Notes under the pieces: generated by a model
Told to the model about the DNA's origin: nothing
The model's database searches: none
What the model saw: the letters and a program-made list of their open reading frames with translations, nothing else
DNA from: Azolla caroliniana
Lineage: Eukaryota > Plantae > Polypodiophyta
Length of the DNA: 64,000 nucleotides
NCBI GenBank assembly: GCA_043228905.1
Contig: JBHGNT010000007.1
Span: 21,514,001-21,578,000 of the forward strand
Direction of reading: 5' to 3'
Program-made: the position numbers and the translations under genes
In this document: in pieces, positions 35,227-45,360 of the stretch
Layout of the letters: every line of letters starts with the position of its first letter
Numbering within the stretch: the first letter of the stretch is position 1

Positions 35227-38226
35227 GTGAAAGCAAGGCGCGAAAAGGTACGTAGTGGGCATTTAAGAGCCGCCACGCTACTTAATACTAAATTGGTACA
35301 CGACGTGTGCATGCTCGAAAAAGGCGCCAAAACGCACAAAGAAGAAGCAGAACACATGGAGACCTTTTCATTTCGCGAGCCAAGAAGCACAGAAGCACCA
35401 AGACAGTGGAAGCTGAGCAAACGCGAACCTGCACGCAGAGAACCCCCACGTTCAGAACGCTCTCTCTCTCGTCCTCACTCTCATCACCACTCTACCTCGC
35501 CATCTTTCCTCGACCTCGAAGCAGACATGGAACCACAAACGCTGTCGGAAGCGGCCAGGAAATGGTTCAGGCAACACGGACTGGAGGGCTTCTTGGCCAT
35601 CATGGAAGCACCACCGCACAGAGAAGCCGACCAGGTCATCAAGGAGCTCGACAAGGAAGTCATCACCGAGGAAGCGATCCGTGCGCTAACAGGCCTTCCG
35701 GAGGGAGGAATTTTTCAGATTGATAATCCAACCTCGGAGCAACTCACCCGATATTTCGGTGAGTACTCTGTTGCCGGCAAAGGCTATCGAACGCAGGGCG
35801 GCGAAGATCCGCTGTTCAGGGAGATAGCTCGAGTGCTCCATGAGTACGGCCACGTGTACCCCCGACCCCCTGTCATGCCAAAAAATCGGGCAGGGATGAT
35901 CATAGCCACCTATGAAGGGACCAAGGTGGATTGGCCGGTGTTGATTGCAGACGGTTTGTGCGTGGCAATCGACATGGTACGAGGAAAGGACGGCAAGGAG
36001 GGCCGGAAGCTGTGGCATGCCGTCGCTCAGTGGATAACATTGCTCGTGCCGCCGGTCGAGACCGTTCAGCCAAAGAAGCGGCCAAGAGTATCGGAAGGAA
36101 GCACCTCGAAGCCGGCGTCCAAACGACAGCAGTTGCTGGCGTCGAAGGCGACGAAAGGGAAGAAACGAGTCCTAGAACCGGAGGAGGTGTCACCGGTCCG
36201 ACCCGTCAAGATAACCTTACGGAGACCGGGACAGAAGGAACCGGAACCCTTGACGGCACAGAAACATGCCGTGACACAGGAAGAGGAAACGGAGGAGCCA
36301 GAAGAGCACCTCCAACGACGGTCAAGAAGTAGGGCCGCCGAGACAGGAGGGGAGCGGTCGTACCCGCGAGAGGCAGAAACGCCCCCAACTCAACCTGAGC
36401 AAACCACAAGGGAAGAACCGGAACCGGTGCGTAGGGAACCGGTCTTGTCGACTTCTATAGAAGAAGTCATTCCAACGGCTCCGGAGACGGCGAGAACCGG
36501 AACTCAACAGCCGGCGAGCCCAGCCAGAGCACACGGCGGCCAAGGAGTAGAACCAGAACGGCATATGCAGGCACTCAGGCCAGACAATTCCACAGGGAAT
36601 GAGCCGACCCGACCAGTACAGCAACAAGGCACCAGTAGCATGTGGCTACGGTGGGTAGGCGAGCAAATCGCCGGAGCGGTCGAGTATATAGAGGCGGAAG
36701 AGAGAGCGCACCAGGAACGGTTGCTCGTCACAACCATAGATCTAGAGACGGCCCGGTCCAGAATCCGGAGCCTTGAACAAGACTTGGACAGGGTCACAAG
36801 GGAAATGGCTCAATTCGTTTTGACAACACAAGTCCAAGCACCGGTGACTCCGGGCAATGTACAGAATAAAGTGTCAAATCAACCTGTACATAGCAATCAG
36901 ACCCCGGCAACGGAAACCGTTCCGGAGAGAAATGCGGCACAAGCCCAAGAGCTTGCGGATTTAAAGGATGAGCTAGCTGCCCAAGAAGCGCTGAGGAGCC
37001 GCGAAAGAGAATTGAAGACGGCAGCGGAGGCAGAACTCAAAAAGACTGCTGAGAATCTACGCCGGGCCGAGGAGAGCTTACGGAAAGGCCACCAAGCGTA
37101 CGACCGGCTCAAGGAGGAGAAGGAGAAAATGCTGCAAGAGAAGGAGAGGCTCCGGAGGAACGCCGAAACAGAAGTAGAGCGCCTGAAAGAGGAACTCCGG
37201 CAGGTAAAGGACCGGGAGGACCGGAACCATCGCCAGATCAACGGCAAGCTCAAACAAAAAACGGAGGAATTTGAGCAATTGCACCGGGAGTATAAACGGT
37301 TGCAAACGGAGCACAAGGAACGGACGGATGAGCTCCGGCAAGCAGTTGATCGGACCGCAACCGCATTCGCCAAGGAACAAGCGGAAAACAGAAGACGGTT
37401 GGAAGAGGCGGAGAAGGTTCGGACAGAGCTCCTCAGGCAACAGCAGGCGGAAAAAGAAAGAGCGGCGGAGGTACTGCAGAGGCTGCAAACGACATATCAA
37501 GGGCAGCTGACGCGCTACAGAGAGCAGGCAGAGGATACGGCAAACCTCATCAAGCAGTTGAAGGAGGAGCGACAAGTGGTGGAAAGCAGAGCGCAAATGG
37601 GAGCAAGTCGCATCCAGGATATAATGCGGGCCTGGTTGAACCAGACCAAGAGCTTGATTGACAACGGTTCCGTCAAATGGTGGACCAAGTGGGCCACGAA
37701 CGCGGCGGAACTCCAATTGCTCCGGGCCGACGTAGAGAACCGGCGGAAGGAGGGAGATGATTGCTATATGCTGAATTCTGAAGATTTCACCGGCATAAGA
37801 GATGAGCTGGCCGAAGACTTTCAAGCCTTGGCAGAGGACCAACTAGAGCAAGTCCTGCAACTTGTAGCTCAGCTGGACGACGACAGGCTGGAGGCGCAGA
37901 TCCAGTTTGAAAGCTACGAGAGGTCCCGGATCCGGGAAGAGAAAGAACGAGAACCAGTTACGGTCAACCTCAGTGATGAGGAACCCTTACTGGAAGGAGA
38001 CCGGACCGGAAGCAGTCAAACGGAGATGCCGGAGCCAGAGAGACAAACGGAGCAGCCGGAGTCAGCGAAACAAACGGAGCAGCAGCAGCAAGCAGAGCAG
38101 CCGGAGCAGCCTCAGTCCCAACCGCAACCACAGCAGCAGCAGCAAGCACAGCCGCAACAACCACAACCGGAAGAACAAGTGGAAATTCTTGAACAAAGTA
38201 ATTTGGACAATTTGGGTGAACAATGA
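35227..38226 (+). CDS. Gypsy extra ORF: PMD/plant-transposon-protein-like N-terminal domain, disordered linker, long coiled coil (likely ATG at 35356 or 35527)
   Basis: Uninterrupted ~3-kb ORF between pol and the 3' LTR. Motifs ITEEAIRALTGLPEGG and VDWPVLIADGL. NLS-like PKKRPR. E/K/R/Q heptad-rich region at ~36930-37950. Q/P/E-rich tail. The domain assignment is inferred by eye. Confidence 0.8.
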   Translation: MKARREKVRSGHLRAATLLNTKLVHDVCMLEKGAKTHKEEAEHMETFSFREPRSTEAPRQWKLSKREPARREPPRSERSLSRPHSHHHSTSPSFLDLEADMEPQTLSEAARKWFRQHGLEGFLAIMEAPPHREADQVIKELDKEVITEEAIRALTGLPEGGIFQIDNPTSEQLTRYFGEYSVAGKGYRTQGGEDPLFREIARVLHEYGHVYPRPPVMPKNRAGMIIATYEGTKVDWPVLIADGLCVAIDMVRGKDGKEGRKLWHAVAQWITLLVPPVETVQPKKRPRVSEGSTSKPASKRQQLLASKATKGKKRVLEPEEVSPVRPVKITLRRPGQKEPEPLTAQKHAVTQEEETEEPEEHLQRRSRSRAAETGGERSYPREAETPPTQPEQTTREEPEPVRREPVLSTSIEEVIPTAPETARTGTQQPASPARAHGGQGVEPERHMQALRPDNSTGNEPTRPVQQQGTSSMWLRWVGEQIAGAVEYIEAEERAHQERLLVTTIDLETARSRIRSLEQDLDRVTREMAQFVLTTQVQAPVTPGNVQNKVSNQPVHSNQTPATETVPERNAAQAQELADLKDELAAQEALRSRERELKTAAEAELKKTAENLRRAEESLRKGHQAYDRLKEEKEKMLQEKERLRRNAETEVERLKEELRQVKDREDRNHRQINGKLKQKTEEFEQLHREYKRLQTEHKERTDELRQAVDRTATAFAKEQAENRRRLEEAEKVRTELLRQQQAEKERAAEVLQRLQTTYQGQLTRYREQAEDTANLIKQLKEERQVVESRAQMGASRIQDIMRAWLNQTKSLIDNGSVKWWTKWATNAAELQLLRADVENRRKEGDDCYMLNSEDFTGIRDELAEDFQALAEDQLEQVLQLVAQLDDDRLEAQIQFESYERSRIREEKEREPVTVNLSDEEPLLEGDRTGSSQTEMPEPERQTEQPESAKQTEQQQQAEQPEQPQSQPQPQQQQQAQPQQPQPEEQVEILEQSNLDNLGEQ

Positions 38227-38697
38227 AGGGGCCGAGAAGGGTTCGACGTACAAGGTACTGTCCCACGGGCGTGCCATGTGTTACCGGCCGGCAAGGAGTC
38301 CAAAATACGGAGTGAAGGAATTAATTAGATATGGTTGTAAATGAGCATAGTGTGGACGGACGGACTGGAAACGGTATGCCGTTCCAGATCCGGACGGATC
38401 CCGAATAGGTGCGAGAGGCACCGTTTTGTACTACGGGCCGGAAACCTATTTAAAGGCCCGGACCCCATTGTAATCGCAGCGGATAATTAATAGAGCTTAT
38501 GTTGTTTATACTTCTGTCTTGATTTCCGTTCTGTAATTACTGTTATATCTTACGCGTGTAATTAACCGAAGCATTCTAATCGTGTAACCTATGTAAGTCG
38601 GTGTAATCGTTGAATCTTAATCCTATGCCGTAATCACCCTTTGGTGAAGTGTCTCCGTGACACCTTGTGTTAGGCCTTGTCCGGCTAGAGAATAACA

Positions 38698-41110
38698 TCA
38701 GTCGTCCAATCGGTCCACTTAACCGGAGTGAAATCGGACTCTCTTCGCGGGTCTCGATTTCGGGCTCATTCGGAGGCATCTCGGCCTCACTGAACTCATC
38801 GTCAGAGCTCGTATTGGAGTCAGGGTTCCGAGTCGAGGGCAGGTACCAGGACGCGGACTCATCAAACACAACGTCGCGGCTGACACGCGCTTGTTTGGTG
38901 CAAGGGTTATAGCACTTATAACCCTTCTGCTCGTCCGAGTAACCGACCAAGATGCACTTCTCGGCCTTTGCGTCCAGCTTCCTCCTTTTCTCCTTCGGTA
39001 CATGCACATACGCAATGCTACCGAACACCCTCAAGTGTCGCAAGTTCGGCTTCGTTCCGAAATATAGCTCGTGCGCCGACACTTTGTCTCCAATCCGGTT
39101 CTGGATGTATACCGCGGTCCTTACCGCCTCGGCCCAGTAGAACTTGGGCAAGCTCTTCTCCTCCAGCATTGCCCATGCCGCTTCCACAACTGACCGATTC
39201 TTTCTCTCGGCCACGCCGTTCTGCTCTGGCGTGTATCTACAACAGAATTCGCGCCGAATTCCCATTTGTTGTAGGTAACCGTTGAATTGACCGGAAAAGT
39301 ACTCTTTCCCGCCATCCGACTGCAGACACTTGATCTTTCGTCCTGTTTCGGCTTCCACGAACCCTTTGAGGTCCCGGAAACAGTCGAAGACTTCGCTCTT
39401 CCTCTCAATGAGGTAGATCCATTTGTGCCGCGTGTGGTCGTCAATGAAGGAGACGAAATATCGGCTCCCGCCAAGACTAACGTTTTGTGCCAGCCCCCAC
39501 ACATCCGAGTGTATAAGGTCGAGCTTGTTCCGGCTCCGGTTTCGCTCGTTGGGGAAAGGAAGTCGGTGTTGCTTCCCGAGCTGGCAGGCTTCACAAATTT
39601 GTGCCTTTCGGCCACTAAACTTGGGCAATCCGAACACTACCTGTTTCGATTGCAGATCTTGAAGCCGTTGGTGGTTGACGTGGTCTATCCGCTTGTGCCA
39701 CAAGTCGATGTCCGACTTGGTCTTTTGTCCCTTCGTGAACATTGCGGTGCCGCCATCAATGGAGTCGAGGATGAACATCCTCCCGTCTCTGCGCCCTTGC
39801 GCAATCACATGGCCTTCTTCCTCAATGAAGCACCCGGGGTGTGTAAACCGAACCTCCATCCCTTGGTCGACGATCTGTCCGACCGAGACCAAGTTCTTCG
39901 TGATTGTCAGAATGTGCAGCACGTTCTTGAGTTTCCCTTTCTGCCCGACATGGCTAAGGGGAACTTCTCCGACATTCGCGATCGGATGCGGAGTGTCGTC
40001 TCCTGTTGCGACTACTCCAGGTTGTATCGGTTTTTCAAGGTACGAGAACCACTCCTTATGGCTCGTCATGTGGTTTGACGCGCCGGAGTCTACGTACCAC
40101 ACCTCGTCCGATCTCGGGGTGCTCTGTTTCATTGAGTTTGCTTCGTGTCTCGTCACGAAGACAGACCCTTCTCCGGCTCTCCCGGAGTCTTCAGCGTAGT
40201 GTGATCGCTGAAGATTTCCCTTGTCGATATGTCTGGAGCCATTCCCAGAACCAGTTCTCTCCGAATCGGCGCGCTTCTTCCAGCACTCACTTTCCCTGTG
40301 GCCTTTCTTGCCACAGTACTAGCACTCCGCGATGGCCTTCCCTTGCCAGTTCTCATCGCTTCGACTCCCCCTGTTTCCGGAGGGTCCGGAGTTGCTGTCG
40401 GCATCACTTCGGTGCCTTCTTCCTTGATCACGTCGGCCGCCTCCATTGCGCGCCGACTCGCCTCGTCCGCCACGACCACGGGGCCTTTCTCCCTCCATGT
40501 ACAACATCTTGTTGTCGGTGTGCATGCTCGTCGACGCACCCGCGTGGTTCTCCTCTACCAGGTGCATCGACTGTAAGTCGAAAAAGGATGGCGTATTCTC
40601 CCGGGTACACACAGCCGTTCGGAACGCTCCGAACTTCGACGCCAAACCTCCGAGACAGATCTGGACCATCTCGCTCTCCTCGATGTTCACCTCTATGGAG
40701 GCGAGGGAGTCGTAGATATCCTTGATCTTCGAGGTATAGTCTGCCACCGACAAGTCGTGTTGTCATAGGTTGCTCAACTCCTGTCGGAGCTGAAGCTTCC
40801 TAGCTGTGGTGCTCGCGGCGAAAATCTTCTTCAGATTTTCCCACGCACCCTTCGGCGTCTTTGCATCCCGAACATAGCTCAATAGTTGTTCGCCCACACA
40901 CGACGCGAAGCAGTATAGTACCCTGCTCGCCGATTGCTCCCACGACGGGAAGTCTTTGTGTGTCGATTCGGGTGCCGTGTCATTAGCTCCTTCGACATAA
41001 CTCCAGTAGCAGTGCCTGAGCAAGTACTGGTGCATCTTGTAGGACCAAGACGCGTAGTTGGTTCTGTCGAGCTTCTCGGTTGGAAGCGAGCTCGCCATGC
41101 CTCTATCCAT
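38698..41110 (-). pseudogene. Copia gag, protease and integrase (5' part of a single ~1610-codon ORF)
   Basis: Single frame with two premature stops (~40763, ~40319). Motifs: KLDRTNYASW, CCHC knuckle, WYVDSGASNHMT, LWHKRIDH, DLIHSDVWG, PEQNGVAERKNR. The frame is restored when the Gypsy insert and one TSD are removed. Confidence 0.92.
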
Positions 41111-42020
41111 CGTTCTTCTTGTTCTTCTTCGTCAAGCTGTGTCGGCTGCAGAGAGGTTCTCAACCCTCACGCTTTGATACCATGTAGAAAGTAGCGTGCA
41201 GAAGCAAGTATGAAGACAGAACAGAGGAAGGAAACTCAGGTTCAATGGAGAGCTTAGGCTTACACGGTATACGCGGGAGAGACAGAGAGAGAAACACAAA
41301 AAACTATATTCAACAATAATACTCAATCTCTGTACATAAGATGTGCTCAGTGAACACTTTTATACAAGCCCTAGAAGGACTGACCGAAGTACTGACAGTA
41401 CTTCAATGCTCATCAAGAGCCCCTACACTAACTCCCAAATATATTCCTCACGGAATATCTTTCCTAACGACCTCCTGGTTTATGTACTCGGCCTAACCGA
41501 TTGGTCCCAACCAATCCGGTCCTCGGCTTCTTCAGCCGATCCGGCCGATGTTGAGCTTGTCTCTCAACAGACGTCATGCTCAACCATCTAGATATGAGCA
41601 TGTCTTTGTATGTAATATATAGTTTATTGTTATTCTAGCTATAGTACATTCCAAAATATTCTAGAGCCTTTAGCATATTCTAGAAATATTTTATGGTGTA
41701 TTCTAGAAAAGTATATTCTAGAGATATTTGTCGGGTATATTCTAGAGATATTCATTCTCAAAACTTGTATAAATACTTGTAACCTCCTTGGTCCCTTTCA
41801 AGGGATTCAACACCAGTCATTGACACATCAATCTAGAATTCTTATTTCATTCCATCTTGTCTCCTTCGTCATCTTCGTCTTCATGCTCCCAATAGCTTCC
41901 TAAGTTCATAGTCTCATCACACACAACTTCTAGAGTTCCTAGCCTTGTCACTTCCAGTTCTACGTTCATAGCCGTGTCATCCGTGCTCCTTCATAGTCTG
42001 TGGTTGGTGTGTCCGTGACA

Positions 42021-43400
42021 ATGGCATCATATTGTATCTTTGTTATTTGTAACATATCCTCAACCATCTTGGAATACATGGGTACTTGTTCAAGGTTCAT
42101 GCTCAAATGTGATTGTTTATTACCTCACAATCAAATTCATTCATCCATTTGAGGTCAACACATGAAGTCCTATGATTGGATTTCGGTGTTCATTCACAAA
42201 GTAAGAGTTTATATATGTGATCCAAAATACTTCGTAAAGTAGCGCATACCAAACACATTTTTCTACTATGTTTTCTACATGTAATTTACCATTAGTGTTG
42301 GGCCATAATGATACACCATTTGTAATAAGCCTTCTTGTACTATTGCACATTTGTAGGAGTAACTTCCCAAATTGATCTTGATCAGTTTCATCAATAGAAG
42401 GGCGATCATTTGTATATCCCCTTGCATCCTTGAGATATGTGGTATGAAATATTGTTGTGTATCAAGTTGGAAACTTCTTGTACAAGCATTCATGTTACCA
42501 AAGCCAATAACTTTCCCTTACGATTTGAAATAAGTCAAAAGGTTGGTCTTTATTCAAACAAGCATAAAATTTAGAATCTTGTTAAAGATTGTAGCATTTA
42601 ACTACAAAAGTGGGCAAATCTTTTGGTGTTTCTATTTTGATCCATATGTAGAATTTATGTTTATCATTTTTTATGATCAACACATTTCTCTATTTCCCTC
42701 TTAATAATCAAATATGTCACCACACCTTTCTTCATTGTCTTGAAATTTTCACCCATATCAAAGAGTGCACACTGTATTTTGCCTAAACCTTCAACCCTTT
42801 GAGTATCATGCTCCCATGTTTTAACAAGAAGTATGATATTAAAGTCATTGGTCAACTCCTCTATGCAAATCCCACATTCATGGGTATCCCAAAAGCATTG
42901 TCGTAGAAGACGTGAATTAGTCTCATAGGTCATGTATCACCATTCATGGTTATCCTAAAAACATTGTCGTAGTAGACGTGAATTAGTCCCATAGGTCATG
43001 TATCACCATTTTCCCATCTTTCCATCTTTAGGCACATCCTTCACCTTATTTTTCAATTTTTCTCCATATGCTTTATGATGGGCATTTTGTTATGAGATAG
43101 TATGTTCTTCAAACACAAGGTATTCAATACCTTTGAGGTACACCCAACTATTTTCAAGTATGATCCTTCACTTTGTATCATCTACCATTATACATATAAT
43201 AGGCATTTCTCCCAAACGAGAAACACCATGTTTCCGGACTCAATGTGTCCCATTATATATATTCACATCCAACATAACATAATGTATACCAAAGAATTCG
43301 TTTATGACTTTTCCAAGGGATGCAAGTGTTTCCATACTCACCTCTTTAATACCACAGATGGAAATGTTCTTTCATCATCGTTCATGTTCTCCCAATCCTG
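42021..43400 (-). mobile_element. Decayed 5' part (AP endonuclease) of the LINE seen at 23046-24620
   Basis: NIILLVKTWEHD (degenerate DII.L.ETW endonuclease motif) at ~42810-42845. Same strand as, and upstream of, the RT fragment once 24626-42020 is removed. Confidence 0.5.
42897..43010. repeat. Short tandem duplication (~50 bp, period ~67)
   Basis: cattgtcgtag(a/t)agacgtgaattagtc(t/c)cataggtcatgtatcaccatt occurs twice. Confidence 0.8.
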
Positions 43401-45169
43401 AGAGAGACAGACAGACAGACAGAGAGAAAGAGAGAGATTGTGATCTATGAGACAAGCCCTAACCCATGGCGAGGATCAAACTTGACTTCTCTTTCATTAT
43501 TGGCTTGATGGTTTACATAATGGCATCAAAGTCATAAAATTTGGAGTAAGAGAGACTTGATGTTGTACGCGTGAACAAGGGGATGATTTATGGATTTGGC
43601 ATAATAATTGTAATATGTGTTCATTACTTTGAGTTGCTTGACCCACAATTGTTTATAACTAAGGAGGTGATTAGAGTGTGTCTTGAGTTTTATGGTGTGG
43701 TTAGATGTATTATGTATGCGCCCCTTCGTGCTGAATCGGATGCATATATTATAGATGACGAAGTGGATAGGATTTACACCATTTTCCTAGTGGTAATTAA
43801 AGACTTGATTGAGGTGACACAACATGGGAAGTTTCTATCCGATATTCTAACATTTAAAAGGAGCCCCTAACTTTGATGTTCTAGTTTAATGTTGGGATTG
43901 TAGTTGTATTCCTCAAGCTTGGAAGGTTGGTTTCATCAAATTAGTCTCAATGTTGGCATCACCCAAATCATTTCATCAATGGTGACCCATTTCTTTGATT
44001 GGGGGGTTGTGTAATGTATTTATGAGTACATGGAAAATAGATTACAAAATTATTTGCCAAATTTGATATACTTAGCCCCCATAAAATTTCATTGCAAGTA
44101 GAAATATAATGTATAATACACTTAATGTTCAAACGGCGATAGATTATGCTCAAGATACTCAACTGGAATTCATTTATGATGTAGTTATATTTATAGATCA
44201 AAGGTTATGATCATGTCAATTTGTCCCTTGCCTCAAGGTTAATGTGTATAATGGGCTTTAATGGACCATTATTAATATGTGCATCTCATACATTTCGTTG
44301 CCCAACAATTATATCAACATTGGTATCAAGGATGCAATTAGAGGTGCAATTGAAGAAGACATAATAGCAAAAGGTAGAGAGTTCAAGTCTTGTGGTCACA
44401 CTAGTTCCATACTTAAGTGCCATAATTAAGACACCACATAGAAGGTTGAGTTCATATGTGTATGCCTTATTCACGCATAGAGACTTTGTGCTTCGATGTA
44501 TGAATGCCCCTTTTTAGGAAGGAGACACATATCAAGACCAAATGTATACTCTGGTCCCATAGGTCAAAACTAGCCTCTTTATGGATGATAAAAAATACTA
44601 ATTCCGATTCTAATTGTAGTGTGAAAAGGGCCAAAACATTGTAAAAGACTACAAAGGTCATGTTTTACTTTTTATTCTAGACATTTAGGCCCCTTCTCAT
44701 GGATTCTAATCAATTTGTTGTGAATGTTAAAAACATATCTATCTATCTATGTCAATTTTCATGAGATTAATGTTATGTGCATTAAACTAAGCCTTACACT
44801 AATATTCTTGTATGAATATCGAGGTATATCTTTAACTAATTGATTCATGTTTCACTCATTTTAGCTTGCTTATCACATTCTCAACTAGTCAATTAGATAA
44901 TTAAGCCACATTGTGGCACTCATAAGCTTCTTAATCAATATCGCTATTTAATAGAGGACTTGGGAAGATTTTGCTTAATCATAATATATATAAGTGGTCA
45001 TTGCTCAAGAGTGTTTGAAGACCAATCTTGCCCATTTTGCTAATGAAAAGTTATATGGTAATCAAATTCCAACATATGACCTTGATCAGGAGATAGAACT
45101 CAAACCAAAATAAAGATGTGCGCTCAGTGTGACGCACCTAGAACCGACACAACCATGTGTCCCACACTA

Positions 45170-45360
45170 TATTTTCACAATACAACCTTGATGTTGTGTC
45201 TCGAATAATGCTTAATGATGAAGTTACATCAGGTATTGCACTCACGATATCTATTTGTCAAGGATGCTCATTTAGCTTATTGTTGTTTGTTATAGTCACT
45301 CATCCTTTGTTGGTGATGTTATCAAGGATTGGAACTAATGGTGATATTGTGGCAATCAAT
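45170..45360 (+). mobile_element. Small L1 LINE RT fragment
   Basis: SRIMLND...SICQGCSFSLLLFVIVTHPLLVML resembles the L1 RT QGCPLSP.LF motif. Confidence 0.5.

Larger units (their letters stand above)
28835..38697 (+). mobile_element. Ty3/Gypsy LTR retrotransposon (non-chromovirus, Athila/OTA-like), very young, with a 3' extra ORF
   Basis: LTRs 28835-29253 and 38279-38697 (419 bp, no difference found by eye), TGTTA...TAACA. TSD TCAGT at 28830-28834 and 38698-38702. PBS TGGCGACCAC at 29260-29269 (Arg-tRNA-like, tentative). Confidence 0.97.
26029..41569 (-). mobile_element. Ty1/Copia LTR retrotransposon, full-length, interrupted by a Gypsy
   Basis: LTRs 41183-41569 (5') and 26029-26415 (3'), 387 bp each, with ~7 substitutions counted by eye. 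TSD GACGT at 26024-26028 and 41570-41574. PBS TGGTATCAAAGC (iMet-type) at 41171-41182. PPT GAGGGGGAG at 26416-26424. Confidence 0.96.
24626..42020. mobile_element. Composite of two inverted chromovirus-family LTRs (fold-back), hosting later insertions
   Basis: The left arm (24626-25903, minus the solo LTR) is the reverse complement of the right arm (~25958-26028 plus 41575-42020). Outer ends are TGTCAC...GTGACA. Flanks are ATGGT (24621-24625) and ATGGC (42021-42025). Both arms share the GAATATAC/CTAGA array with LTR 20195-20591. A PPT-like AAAAGGGAGGATAT lies on the minus strand at 25904-25917. Confidence 0.8.

Noticed and set aside
37078-37842. 254-aa antisense ORF, and other shadow ORFs in the Gypsy and Copia (e.g. 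39287-40078, 40006-40725)
   Set aside because: These are Leu/Phe/Val-rich mirror products of GC-rich, codon-biased sense ORFs with no independent domain signal.
35227-38226. Retroviral-type envelope protein
   Set aside because: There is no signal peptide or transmembrane segment. The protein is highly charged and has NLS-like motifs.
24626-42020. DIRS element or DNA transposon with long TIRs
   Set aside because: The arms are homologous to a chromovirus LTR, have TG..CA ends and an adjacent PPT. No tyrosine recombinase or transposase was seen.
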